Source: Erysipelotrichaceae bacterium (GTDB lineage Bacteria > Bacillota_I > Bacilli_A > Erysipelotrichales > Erysipelotrichaceae). From it: a stretch of 32,000 nt of DNA. The notes under the pieces are model-generated. The model had not been told where the DNA came from. It was given only the letters and a program-made list of their open reading frames with translations, and did no database searches. This document shows positions 7,121 to 15,432 of this stretch, piece by piece. The DNA lies in assembly GCA_963663995.1 (NCBI GenBank), contig OY760660.1:960001-992000 (forward strand), given 5' to 3'. A program made the position numbers and the translations under genes. The number at the start of each line of letters is the position of its first letter. The first letter of the stretch is position 1.

Positions 7121-9685
7121 TTATTTCTCACCATTAAGTTTAAGTAACTTCATGATTTCTACTACAGGAATTGGTACAAAGGCAAGACCGAGAACAATTT
7201 CCCAATGCGTTAAATCCATATTCGCTAACTTAAAGATATCTTGTAGAGCAGGTACCGTTAATACAACCACCATCATTAAAGCATTGATAATAGCCGCCAA
7301 TAACAACCATGTATTAAACTTTGACTTTGATAAAATCGAGTGTCTAAACGATCTTAAGTTAAAAGCATGAAAAAGTTGTGAGAACGCTAAGACTGAGAAA
7401 GCCATGGTTTGACCCATTAACACGGATTCTTTCATTCCCATCACAAAGGCTGTTAAAGTTAATCCTCCAACCATAATTCCTTGATAAGCAATACGCCAAT
7501 TCATCGCAGAAGTCAGTAAATTCTTTTCTAATTTAGGTTTTCTTTGCATGATTCCAGCTTCAGCTGGATCAACACCTAAAGCAAGAGCTGGTAAACTATC
7601 AGTGACTAAATTAATCCATAAAATATGAATTGGTAATAACGGTGCTGACCAATTCAAGAAAGTTGCGACCATCAAAGTCATAAGTTCACCCACATTACAG
7701 GATAATAAATATGAAATCGATTTAAGAATATTGTCTTTGATTCGACGTCCTTCTTCAACTGCATCGACAATGGTTGCGAAGTTATCATCCGTCAAGACCA
7801 TATCTGATGCACCTTTCGCAACTTCAGTTCCAACAATTCCCATCGCTGTTCCAATATCTGCTTTTTTTAGAGCTGGGGCATCATTCACCCCATCACCTGT
7901 CATCGCTACAATAGCGCCTTGATTATTCCAAGCTTCGACAATACGAATCTTATGTTCAGGGGATACGCGAGCATAAACTGAAATCGTTTTAACCGCATTA
8001 TTAAGTTCTTCATCGCTTAAATTCTCGAGTTCAACACCTGTTAAAACATTGTCTCCCTCTTCCATTAAGCCAATCTCTTTCGCGATCGCAACCGCTGTAA
8101 CCTTATGATCACCTGTAATCATAACGACTTCAATACCAGCTTCTTTACAAATTTTAATCGCATCTTTAACTTCTTCACGAGCAGGATCCATCATCCCAAC
8201 TAAACCCATAAAAGTAAGTTTTTCTTCAAAGCGATCATGATCGACATTATTAGGATCAATTTCTTTTTGTCCAAAAGCTAAAACACGTAAGGCTTTCGTA
8301 GCCATTTCAGTGTTTTTTTCATGTATTTCATCAATGTGATTTTGATTGATTTTATGAACTTTTCCATCTTTATAAATATGCGTGCATATCGCTAAGATTT
8401 CATCCACTCCACCTTTAACAAGCACTAGTGATTGATCTTCAATCGTATGGGCTGTACTCATCCGTTTACGATTTGAATCAAATGGCAGTTCACCTAGACG
8501 AGGATAAGTTTTATCCGTTTTTAGATCAATCCCTTCTTTAATAGCCCATTCGGCTAAGGCTGTTTCAGTTGGATCACCCACCCAATCGCCATCAACTAAT
8601 CGAGAATCATTACAGAGATAAGAGCTTAAAGCTAAAGCATGTTTATCCTCTCCATAACTTTCTAATACAGTCATCTTGTTTTGGGTAAGTGTACCTGTTT
8701 TATCACTACAGATAACACTTGCACTTCCTAAAGTTTCAACTGAAGATAAATTACGTATAATCGCATGTTGTTTAGCTAAACGTTGAACACCCATCGCTAA
8801 AACGATGGTCGCAACAGCAGGTAAACTTTCAGGAATAACCGCAACCGCTAATGAAATCGCTGTTAAAAATAAATGAAAAGGTTCATTTCCATAGATTAAA
8901 CCTACCGCAAAAATTAATAGAACTGCGACAATGGCTGCAATACCTAAAACTTTACCTAATGAATCTAATTGTTTTTGAAGCGGTGTTTGTTCTTTTTGAG
9001 CTGATTTCAATAGCTTCGCAATTTTACCCACTTCTGTATTCATTCCTGTCGCAACAACCAAAGCAGTTGCTCGCCCATAGGTAACCATACTTGAAGCATA
9101 AGCCATATTTATACGATCACCTAAAGCAGCATCTTCAGCTAAAATGGCTGAAGCACTCTTCTCAATCGGTACTGATTCACCGGTTAAGGATGATTCTTGA
9201 ATCTTAGTTGATATCGTTTCGATTAAACGACAATCTGCCGCCACCACATCACCTGCTTCTAAAAGCAAGATATCAAATGGGACAACATTATAAGATGGAA
9301 TCACTTTAACTTCTCCATCTCTTAATACTTTCGCACTTGGTGCACTCATTTCTTTTAAAGCTTCAAGTGCTTTCTCAGCTTTATCTTCTTGAACAACCCC
9401 AATAATCGCATTCAAAATAACGATTGAAAGAATGATAACTGCGTCAACCGCTTCATCCATAAAGAACGAAATCAGGGCCGCTGCAATCAAAATTAAAATC
9501 ATCGTATCTTTAAATTGGTTTAAGACTTTATGCCACCAAACTTCTTTCTTTTCTTCTTCTAAGCGATTTAAACCATATTGAGCTTGATTTTTGAGCGCAT
9601 CTTCTTGACTTAATCCTTTGTCTTCTGCCGCAACATCTAACACTTTCTCAAGTGATTCTGCATGCCAGTGATAATGTTTATCCAT
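7121..9685 (-). CDS. P-type cation-transporting ATPase, P2-type (Ca2+ and/or Mn2+ exporter)
   Basis: 854 aa with TGES (LTGESVPIEK), the phosphorylation site CSDKTGTLTQN, TM4 PESLP (PEGLP-like), MITGDH and the hinge TGDGVNDAPALKKADIG. The SD AAAGGAG lies 4 nt upstream of the ATG. Confidence 0.92.
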   Translation of the reverse strand: MDKHYHWHAESLEKVLDVAAEDKGLSQEDALKNQAQYGLNRLEEEKKEVWWHKVLNQFKDTMILILIAAALISFFMDEAVDAVIILSIVILNAIIGVVQEDKAEKALEALKEMSAPSAKVLRDGEVKVIPSYNVVPFDILLLEAGDVVAADCRLIETISTKIQESSLTGESVPIEKSASAILAEDAALGDRINMAYASSMVTYGRATALVVATGMNTEVGKIAKLLKSAQKEQTPLQKQLDSLGKVLGIAAIVAVLLIFAVGLIYGNEPFHLFLTAISLAVAVIPESLPAVATIVLAMGVQRLAKQHAIIRNLSSVETLGSASVICSDKTGTLTQNKMTVLESYGEDKHALALSSYLCNDSRLVDGDWVGDPTETALAEWAIKEGIDLKTDKTYPRLGELPFDSNRKRMSTAHTIEDQSLVLVKGGVDEILAICTHIYKDGKVHKINQNHIDEIHEKNTEMATKALRVLAFGQKEIDPNNVDHDRFEEKLTFMGLVGMMDPAREEVKDAIKICKEAGIEVVMITGDHKVTAVAIAKEIGLMEEGDNVLTGVELENLSDEELNNAVKTISVYARVSPEHKIRIVEAWNNQGAIVAMTGDGVNDAPALKKADIGTAMGIVGTEVAKGASDMVLTDDNFATIVDAVEEGRRIKDNILKSISYLLSCNVGELMTLMVATFLNWSAPLLPIHILWINLVTDSLPALALGVDPAEAGIMQRKPKLEKNLLTSAMNWRIAYQGIMVGGLTLTAFVMGMKESVLMGQTMAFSVLAFSQLFHAFNLRSFRHSILSKSKFNTWLLLAAIINALMMVVVLTVPALQDIFKLANMDLTHWEIVLGLAFVPIPVVEIMKLLKLNGEK

Positions 9686-9703
9686 AGGACTCCTTTTTCT
9701 AAT

Positions 9704-9736
9704 AAAAAAACTTCAATCTAAAAATTTAGATTAAAG
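9704..9736 (-). terminator. Leader terminator (expression platform) upstream of the ATPase gene
   Basis: In the minus sense: CUUUAAUCUA AAUUUU UAGAUUGAAG (10 bp including one U-G pair) followed by UUUUUUU. It sits 18 nt upstream of the SD, so it is an attenuator rather than an operon-end terminator. Confidence 0.7.
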
Positions 9737-9815
9737 TCTCAAATTTAAGTGAATTCCAGGCTATTAGCCGTGTTGGTGAAATCCACACCCATAAGTAGGT
9801 TTCTACTCCCTTTAA
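9731..9815 (-). promoter_or_regulatory. Candidate yybP-ykoY (Mn2+) riboswitch aptamer
   Basis: In the minus sense, 5' UUAAAG-GGAGUAG ... GAGA-CUUUAA 3'. This reproduces the P1 pairing and the conserved L1 signature (GGGGAGUAG ... GAGAC) as I remember the family. The P1 3' strand (9736-9731) is also the 5' arm of the terminator, giving ON-switch logic. The location upstream of a P-type ATPase is a known context. I could not verify the distal helices or the L3 signature by eye. Confidence 0.45.
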
Positions 9816-9837
9816 TACTTTATAAGTATAACAATTT

Positions 9838-11001
9838 TTATTCAAAACGCAACGCTTCAACAGGTTCAAGCTTAGAAGCTGTATAGGCAGGATAAATCCC
9901 AAAGATCAAGCCGATCGTTAAAGAGAATCCAAGTGAAATGGTAACGGCACTCCAACCTAATGTGACAGTAAAATCAGTTAAGAACGTAATGAGTAGTGCC
10001 CCAAGATATGACACAACTAAACCAAAGAGACCACCAAGGACGGTAATGATAACCGCTTCAATTAAGAACTGAAGAAGAATTTGGGATTGACGAGCACCTA
10101 AGGCTTTTCGTATACCAATCTCTTTCGTTCTTTCGCGAACAGTAACTAACATAATATTCATAATTCCGATTCCACCAACAATCAATGAAATAGATGCAAT
10201 TCCTGAAAGTAGGGTTGTTAATAAACCCATTAAAGTATCTAAAACTGACAGAATTTGAGATTGCGAGAAAGCTCCATAATAATCACTCGATGGGAAAATT
10301 GAAAGCAAGTATGTCTCAATACGACTGAGTGTGAAATCAATGGTATCTTCTGATTTCGCAGCAATATAATAAATTTTTGCAAACGAGGCATTACCTGCCA
10401 TACGTGAGGCAAATTCAGATGAGATGTAGACCATTAAGTCATTATCTCCACCAAAGTTTGTCCCTCTTTCTTCAACCACACCAACAACCGTAAATGGCAT
10501 ACCTTTGATTAATAATGTATTTCCAAGAACGTCTTGATTTGGAAAGAGTAAGTTTGGAATTTTAGAACCAAGCACCACAGAGGGTACTGAATAGTTAATA
10601 TCTTCTTTGCTTAAGAAACGACCAGCAGTCATATCTAAAGAATTAATATAAGCATAATCTTCATTAACCCCAGAAATTGTGATGTTTTGTGTTTGACCTT
10701 CAACAATATAATTCGCTGAATTTGAAATAAGCGGTGAATAGGCATCAATCTTCGCGTCTTCTTGAATTAAATCTAACCAATTGTTTGGGAGATTCCCTTC
10801 ATTATCACGCACTTGGACATAAACAAGATTAGAACCAATCGATCGAATTTGATTCGCAGCTTCTTCTCTGGCAGAATTTCCTAAAGACATTAATAAGATA
10901 ACCGATGAGACCCCAATCACTACACCAAGGGTTGTTAAAATCGCACGAACTTTATGCGAGAAGACTGAACGAAAGGAAATGGCGAAATACTCTTTAATCA
11001 T
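9838..11001 (-). CDS. ABC transporter permease, MacB/FtsX type
   Basis: 387 aa with an N-terminal TM, a large extracytoplasmic domain and then three C-terminal TMs (FtsX topology). Its start forms an ATGA overlap with the upstream ATPase gene. Confidence 0.85.
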   Translation of the reverse strand: MIKEYFAISFRSVFSHKVRAILTTLGVVIGVSSVILLMSLGNSAREEAANQIRSIGSNLVYVQVRDNEGNLPNNWLDLIQEDAKIDAYSPLISNSANYIVEGQTQNITISGVNEDYAYINSLDMTAGRFLSKEDINYSVPSVVLGSKIPNLLFPNQDVLGNTLLIKGMPFTVVGVVEERGTNFGGDNDLMVYISSEFASRMAGNASFAKIYYIAAKSEDTIDFTLSRIETYLLSIFPSSDYYGAFSQSQILSVLDTLMGLLTTLLSGIASISLIVGGIGIMNIMLVTVRERTKEIGIRKALGARQSQILLQFLIEAVIITVLGGLFGLVVSYLGALLITFLTDFTVTLGWSAVTISLGFSLTIGLIFGIYPAYTASKLEPVEALRFE

Positions 11002-11684
11002 AATTTCACCTTCTTTATTTCATCACTCGCGACTTTTCCATCCCATAAACTAATCTTACGATCAGTCGTATCAGCAATGTCATTGTCATGAGTAATAATC
11101 ACAACCGTTTTACCCAGTTCATTGAGTTTTCTAAGTTGTGCTAAAACTTCTTTCCCGGTTTTTGAATCGAGTGCCCCTGTTGGTTCATCCGCTAAGATAA
11201 TCGCAGGGTCATTAGATAAAGCACGGGCAATTGAAACACGTTGTTGTTGCCCACCTGAAAGTTCAGTTGGTTTATGATCTACACGATCTCCTAAACCAAC
11301 GAGTTCTAAAAGTTCTTGTGCTTTTTTTATCCTTTGAGATTTAGGTACTTTAGCATAAGTCATTGGAATCATGACATTTTCCAAAGCACTAAAAGTACTT
11401 AATAAATTAAATTGTTGAAAGATAAAACCAATTTGACGATTACGGATATCCGCTAAAGTATCTTGGTCATAATCTTTAATAGGAATATTGTTTAGTTCAT
11501 ATTCGCCTTCAGAGACGATATCTAAACAGCCAATTATATTCATTAGTGTTGATTTACCCGAACCAGAAGGTCCAACGATGGAGACAAATTCGCCTTCCTT
11601 AATCGATATATCAACTCCATTGAGAGCCATGACGATATTGTCACCCATCTCATAGCGTTTCTTTACATTCTTGAGTTCAATCAT
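10998..11684 (-). CDS. ABC transporter ATP-binding protein (MacB/LolD-like)
   Basis: Walker [10 protein letters not shown], signature LSGGQQQR, Walker B ILADEPT. There are ATGA overlaps at both ends. Confidence 0.92.
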   Translation of the reverse strand: MIELKNVKKRYEMGDNIVMALNGVDISIKEGEFVSIVGPSGSGKSTLMNIIGCLDIVSEGEYELNNIPIKDYDQDTLADIRNRQIGFIFQQFNLLSTFSALENVMIPMTYAKVPKSQRIKKAQELLELVGLGDRVDHKPTELSGGQQQRVSIARALSNDPAIILADEPTGALDSKTGKEVLAQLRKLNELGKTVVIITHDNDIADTTDRKISLWDGKVASDEIKKVKL

Positions 11685-13015
11685 TGATTAGGTCCAAACA
11701 TTAAACCAAATCCACTATCTTGATTTGGTACCACAATTTCTAAACCTTCTAAATTGTCTCCAATAACTTCAACTCGATAAACATCGGCAAAACCGGTTGT
11801 GACTGGGATATAGAAATCTGATTGCGGACGGCCAGGATTATCCATCCAAGCAGCATCAATCACAAATCGATCTGTCCCTTCACTTACTAAAGCTTCATAA
11901 GGAATCACTAAAATATTTGTTTTTGATTCAACAACGATTGAAGCTGAACCACTCATGCCTAAGAAGATAGGACTATCTGCACCATCAAATTCGATGGTAA
12001 TAGGATAGGTTGTATAGTCTAAATTGGTATTACCAATTTGAGAAATCTTAACAATGTGACCATCAAAACTTTGATTTACTGACTCTACATAAATGCTCAC
12101 TTTTTGATCAAAAGATATTTTATGAATATCTGTTTCAGCAATATTAACAACAAGTTCTAATGCATCAGAATTAGAAATAACCACATCGCCACTCAGAGCA
12201 CTTGAAACAGATGAAACAACACCATCTCGTGTTGCGATAATTTTCGCATCAACAGCACGAGCTTGATAGCTTCCTAAACTTTGGCCACTGTTGACATAAT
12301 CACCAACACTAACATTTGTACTTAACATTGTTCCATTAACATCAATCTCACGAGGACTACCATATGAAATACTTCCATGATAATACGTATTACCAGTATC
12401 AGGAATGTCGATTTTCGCAACCGCACTCATCCCTACAACCACTTTATTGGATGTATTTGTAAATTCTAATCCAATCATATATTGACCTAATGCATTTACA
12501 TTACTAGACTTAGATCTGACTTGACCATAAAAGGTTTCATCAGTTGCTTGCACATAAACTTCCGCATATTGACCTAAACTAATTTTATTAATTTGAAACT
12601 CATTAACCGGCATATCCATCGCAAGAATGGAGTAGTTAGAAATTTCAAATGTACTATCTAAACTATTTGCCACCTTAGTAATTACACCTGATGTTGGAGC
12701 GTATAATTCTTGGGCTGTTGTGCTTGTTTTGGTGTATTCACCTAAAATATCACCTTTCGCTACGACATCACCGACTTCCACAAACATCTCTGAAACGGCA
12801 CCTGATAATTTAATTGTATCTTCATCAGAAGATTGAATTTTACCTGTCGCAATTGAGACAAGTTCTATATCTCCTCGGCTAATCGTTGTGACTTCTGCAC
12901 TATTAGCCATTGACCCTTGTGCTAGGTTTCTTAAACCAAAAAATCCAGCTAATACAATGACAACAATTATCCCTAAAACGATTAACCAACGTTTTGTTTT
13001 CTTTTGTTTTTTCAT
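11681..13015 (-). CDS. Membrane-fusion / periplasmic-adaptor-like protein (HlyD family) of the ABC system
   Basis: 444 aa with an N-terminal TM (WLIVLGIIVVIVLAGFFGL) followed by beta-rich barrel-sandwich-like repeats (GDVVAKGDILGEY, VSVGDYVNSGQSLGSY). It is the first gene of the three-gene operon. The SD is AAGGAG. Confidence 0.75.
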   Translation of the reverse strand: MKKQKKTKRWLIVLGIIVVIVLAGFFGLRNLAQGSMANSAEVTTISRGDIELVSIATGKIQSSDEDTIKLSGAVSEMFVEVGDVVAKGDILGEYTKTSTTAQELYAPTSGVITKVANSLDSTFEISNYSILAMDMPVNEFQINKISLGQYAEVYVQATDETFYGQVRSKSSNVNALGQYMIGLEFTNTSNKVVVGMSAVAKIDIPDTGNTYYHGSISYGSPREIDVNGTMLSTNVSVGDYVNSGQSLGSYQARAVDAKIIATRDGVVSSVSSALSGDVVISNSDALELVVNIAETDIHKISFDQKVSIYVESVNQSFDGHIVKISQIGNTNLDYTTYPITIEFDGADSPIFLGMSGSASIVVESKTNILVIPYEALVSEGTDRFVIDAAWMDNPGRPQSDFYIPVTTGFADVYRVEVIGDNLEGLEIVVPNQDSGFGLMFGPNQ

Positions 13016-13028
13016 AAAACTCCTTAAT

Positions 13029-13047
13029 TAGTTAAGTATCTTAACTA
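13029..13047. promoter_or_regulatory. Perfect 8-3-8 palindrome in the ABC operon leader (operator or leader hairpin)
   Basis: TAGTTAAG-TAT-CTTAACTA lies between the promoter -10 (13068-13063) and the SD (13025-20). A related palindrome, TTAAGT-T-ACTTAA, sits at 13100-13112, and the two share the 10-mer CTTAACTATT. Confidence 0.4.
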
Positions 13048-13062
13048 TTTTGTACAAATACT

Positions 13063-13090
13063 ATTTTACACAGTGAAAAAGCAATGTCAA
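13063..13090 (-). promoter_or_regulatory. Sigma-A-type promoter of the ABC efflux operon
   Basis: In the minus sense: TTGACA (13090-13085), a 16-nt spacer, then TAAAAT (13068-13063). Confidence 0.6.
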
Positions 13091-13104
13091 TTAAAATGAT
13101 TAAG

Positions 13105-13878
13105 TTACTTAACTATTCTGAGATAACATATTCTAAGAATGATATAAGCCATCAATATACTCACTAAAGTATCTGTTAAGAAGTGTGCACCAACAACCAT
13201 TCGATAGTACATGACAATTCCTATCCACAAAACAGCTCGATAGGACCTAAGATTTCTAGCTTTTTCACTTTGATGTGGAAAAACAGTAAAGACTAACAAG
13301 ACTGTACTCATTGAAGTATGAAAAGATGGAAATGATCTAAAATTTTCTTGAAAATTAAAAGGTAGCCACTTTAGATAGAAACTGTAATCTAAACATCCAC
13401 CCATAAATAAATAAGGTCTAAAACGCAAGATAAACATTTTAATAACATTAGGTACAATCAATAAGCAAATAAAACTGATTGAAGCAAACAAAAACCATTT
13501 CTTAAAGTTTGAACTTTTAAACGCTTTATGATGATGAACAAAATAATAAATCCCATAGCCTGTTAAAAATGTAAAACTACTTGTATCAATTAAATCAAAA
13601 CCCATTTTTAGATGGGTAATAAAAGATACCGCAATCAACAAAAATATAACAAGTGATTCATAAACTGTCTTTTTAATTAAATCTGTTTCATTTAAGCTCA
13701 GACCTATCAGTGCAAATGTACCCACAGCATAGGCTAATAGGTTTGCATAATCATCAATGACATTCGCCACAAAATCATTTGGTTGAAAAAGTGCACTTGC
13801 GATTTGTATATCGTAAAATAATCCTACAACTATTCCTAGTATTAATAGTCCAATAAAGATAAAGTCATTTTTTCTCAT
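13105..13878 (-). CDS. PAP2-family (type 2 phosphatidic acid phosphatase-like) membrane phosphatase
   Basis: 257 aa and polytopic. The three PAP2 motifs are present: K-x6-RP (KMFILRFRP), PSFH (a PSGH-like variant) and YRMVVGAHFLTD (SR-x5-H-x3-D-like). No SD precedes the ATG (see findings). Confidence 0.8.
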   Translation of the reverse strand: MRKNDFIFIGLLILGIVVGLFYDIQIASALFQPNDFVANVIDDYANLLAYAVGTFALIGLSLNETDLIKKTVYESLVIFLLIAVSFITHLKMGFDLIDTSSFTFLTGYGIYYFVHHHKAFKSSNFKKWFLFASISFICLLIVPNVIKMFILRFRPYLFMGGCLDYSFYLKWLPFNFQENFRSFPSFHTSMSTVLLVFTVFPHQSEKARNLRSYRAVLWIGIVMYYRMVVGAHFLTDTLVSILMAYIILRICYLRIVK

Positions 13879-13893
13879 ATGCTTATTATATGC

Positions 13894-13915
13894 AAAAAAA
13901 GGACTTTCGTCCTTT
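13894..13915 (-). terminator. Intrinsic terminator after the VOC gene
   Basis: In the minus sense: AAAGGAC GAAA GUCCUUU followed by UUUUUU. The stem overlaps the VOC stop codon (13915-13917). Confidence 0.75.
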
Positions 13916-14388
13916 TAAACATTACCAACAACTTGAAGACTACCTTCAGTGTATTGCATGATTTCGAATTTATTGCCTTCAGGATCATGAATCCACATTT
14001 GCCATGTTCTTGATGGACCAATATTCGGTTCAACATCGATTTCAACACCTTTTGCAACAAGTTCATCTCGTGTTTTATGAATATCATCAACCAGTAATGC
14101 AAAGTGAGAATATCCAACATGTTCATTCCACTCTGTATGTGGTTTTTGATTTCCATTTGTAGGGAATAATTCAATAAACTGACCTGGTGCTAACTCAATA
14201 TAAGTTAGAAAAATATCATTCGGTCTTTCTTCTGCTAACTTCTTAAAATGCGGTTTTGGTGAATCTTTATAAACACCATAACGGGTTAATATTTTTTGTT
14301 TGAGTCCCAATTTATTGACGTAGAAATCGACCATTGTATCAAAATCATCTACATAGAATGAGACATGCATCACTGATTTAAAATTCAT
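13915..14388 (-). CDS. VOC (glyoxalase/bleomycin-resistance/dioxygenase) fold protein
   Basis: 157 aa with two VOC-like modules (MHVSFYVDDFDTMVDFYVNKLGL and YSHFALLVDDIHKTRDELVAKGVEI). Its start codon directly abuts the upstream stop (TAAATG). Confidence 0.75.
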   Translation of the reverse strand: MNFKSVMHVSFYVDDFDTMVDFYVNKLGLKQKILTRYGVYKDSPKPHFKKLAEERPNDIFLTYIELAPGQFIELFPTNGNQKPHTEWNEHVGYSHFALLVDDIHKTRDELVAKGVEIDVEPNIGPSRTWQMWIHDPEGNKFEIMQYTEGSLQVVGNV

Positions 14389-15339
14389 TTAATTTAGCTC
14401 CTTTTTAATTTCTGTGATTAATTTTATTAATTGAATAGAGTCTTGATGAGACATCCGTTCATCTTCATATTTTTTATTTTGAATACCTTTTTGTACAGCT
14501 TCGATTTCTCCAAAGAAATCATCTGTATTGTCTTCGTACTCACTAACTTGACCACTATCTAAACTGACTTTTATTTTGCTTGCGCGATGATAATCTGTCA
14601 CAAAGATAGATCCTTTATCACCAATAATCGTCATATTACGATCAATGTTTCTATCTAATGCATTATTCGCATAGCCAATCACACCATTATCAAATTCAAG
14701 GGTAATCCGCTCATAAGCATCAACAGCTTTTTTCATGTCACAGTCTGTTTTAATTGATTTGATATCACTCTTTATTAGATCAAGGATAGCCCCTAAAGTA
14801 TAGGAACCCACATCATAGAGAATCCCGCCTATTTGTGAATCATATAAATAACGAGCATGTTCATCAGGAATCATATAACCAAAACCTGTTTCAATACTTT
14901 TTACTTCACCAATAACTTTTGTATCTAATAATTCATGAAGTTTTACATTCAAAGGCATAAAACGTGTTTTTAGTGCTTCGACAAACATCACATTATTTGC
15001 TTTTGAGATATCTACTAAATCCTGTGTTTCTTCAACACTTAAGGTTGCAGGTTTTTCACATAAAACAGCCATCCCTTTTTCCAAAGCTTTTTTAGCCCAA
15101 AGATAGTGATCATTATGTCGTAATGTAATGTAGATAGCATTTACATTAGAATCATTTAATAATGCATCATAGTCTGTGTAAGTCACACAGTTTGGATAGT
15201 CTGATTTAATCTTATCTAATTTTGATTCAGTTCGACTGGCAATCGCATAGAGTTGTCCACTCTCACTTAAACTTAAACCTTTTAGAAAGCGGGTATAGGT
15301 TGAACCCAAACCAATTATTGCCCAATTAATCTTTTTCAT
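14389..15339 (-). CDS. Gfo/Idh/MocA family NAD(P)-dependent oxidoreductase (third copy)
   Basis: I place the start at ATG 15339 (MKKINWAIIGLGS, a Rossmann GxGxxG-like motif), preceded by GAGG 9 nt upstream; the track start is a TTG. The EKP motif is present (VLCEKPA). Confidence 0.85.
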   Translation of the reverse strand: MKKINWAIIGLGSTYTRFLKGLSLSESGQLYAIASRTESKLDKIKSDYPNCVTYTDYDALLNDSNVNAIYITLRHNDHYLWAKKALEKGMAVLCEKPATLSVEETQDLVDISKANNVMFVEALKTRFMPLNVKLHELLDTKVIGEVKSIETGFGYMIPDEHARYLYDSQIGGILYDVGSYTLGAILDLIKSDIKSIKTDCDMKKAVDAYERITLEFDNGVIGYANNALDRNIDRNMTIIGDKGSIFVTDYHRASKIKVSLDSGQVSEYEDNTDDFFGEIEAVQKGIQNKKYEDERMSHQDSIQLIKLITEIKKELN

Positions 15340-15432
15340 TTCAATAGACCTCAATATAATTTTAAATGCAAGACAATGAAATATTTTTCCAATATTTAAA
15401 AAATAATAATAGTTTATTTCAAACTTGCTTTT

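Noticed and set aside
7077-9084. Plus-strand ORFs 7077-7370, 7731-7922 and 8851-9084, antisense to the P-type ATPase
   Set aside because: These are shadow ORFs inside a well-supported 854-aa gene. They have no SD and no recognisable motifs.
9815-9829. Palindrome ATACTT-TAT-AAGTAT after the FtsX permease stop, considered as the ABC operon terminator
   Set aside because: It is only 6 A/T-rich base pairs with a 3-nt loop and no U-tract. More likely it overlaps the -10 region of the riboswitch promoter.
13875-14174. 99-aa same-strand ORF overlapping the VOC gene and the PAP2 start
   Set aside because: It lies out of frame inside a gene with a recognisable VOC fold. It spans the terminator, lacks an SD, and its translation is low-complexity and Lys/Leu/Ile-rich, as expected from AT-rich out-of-frame sequence.
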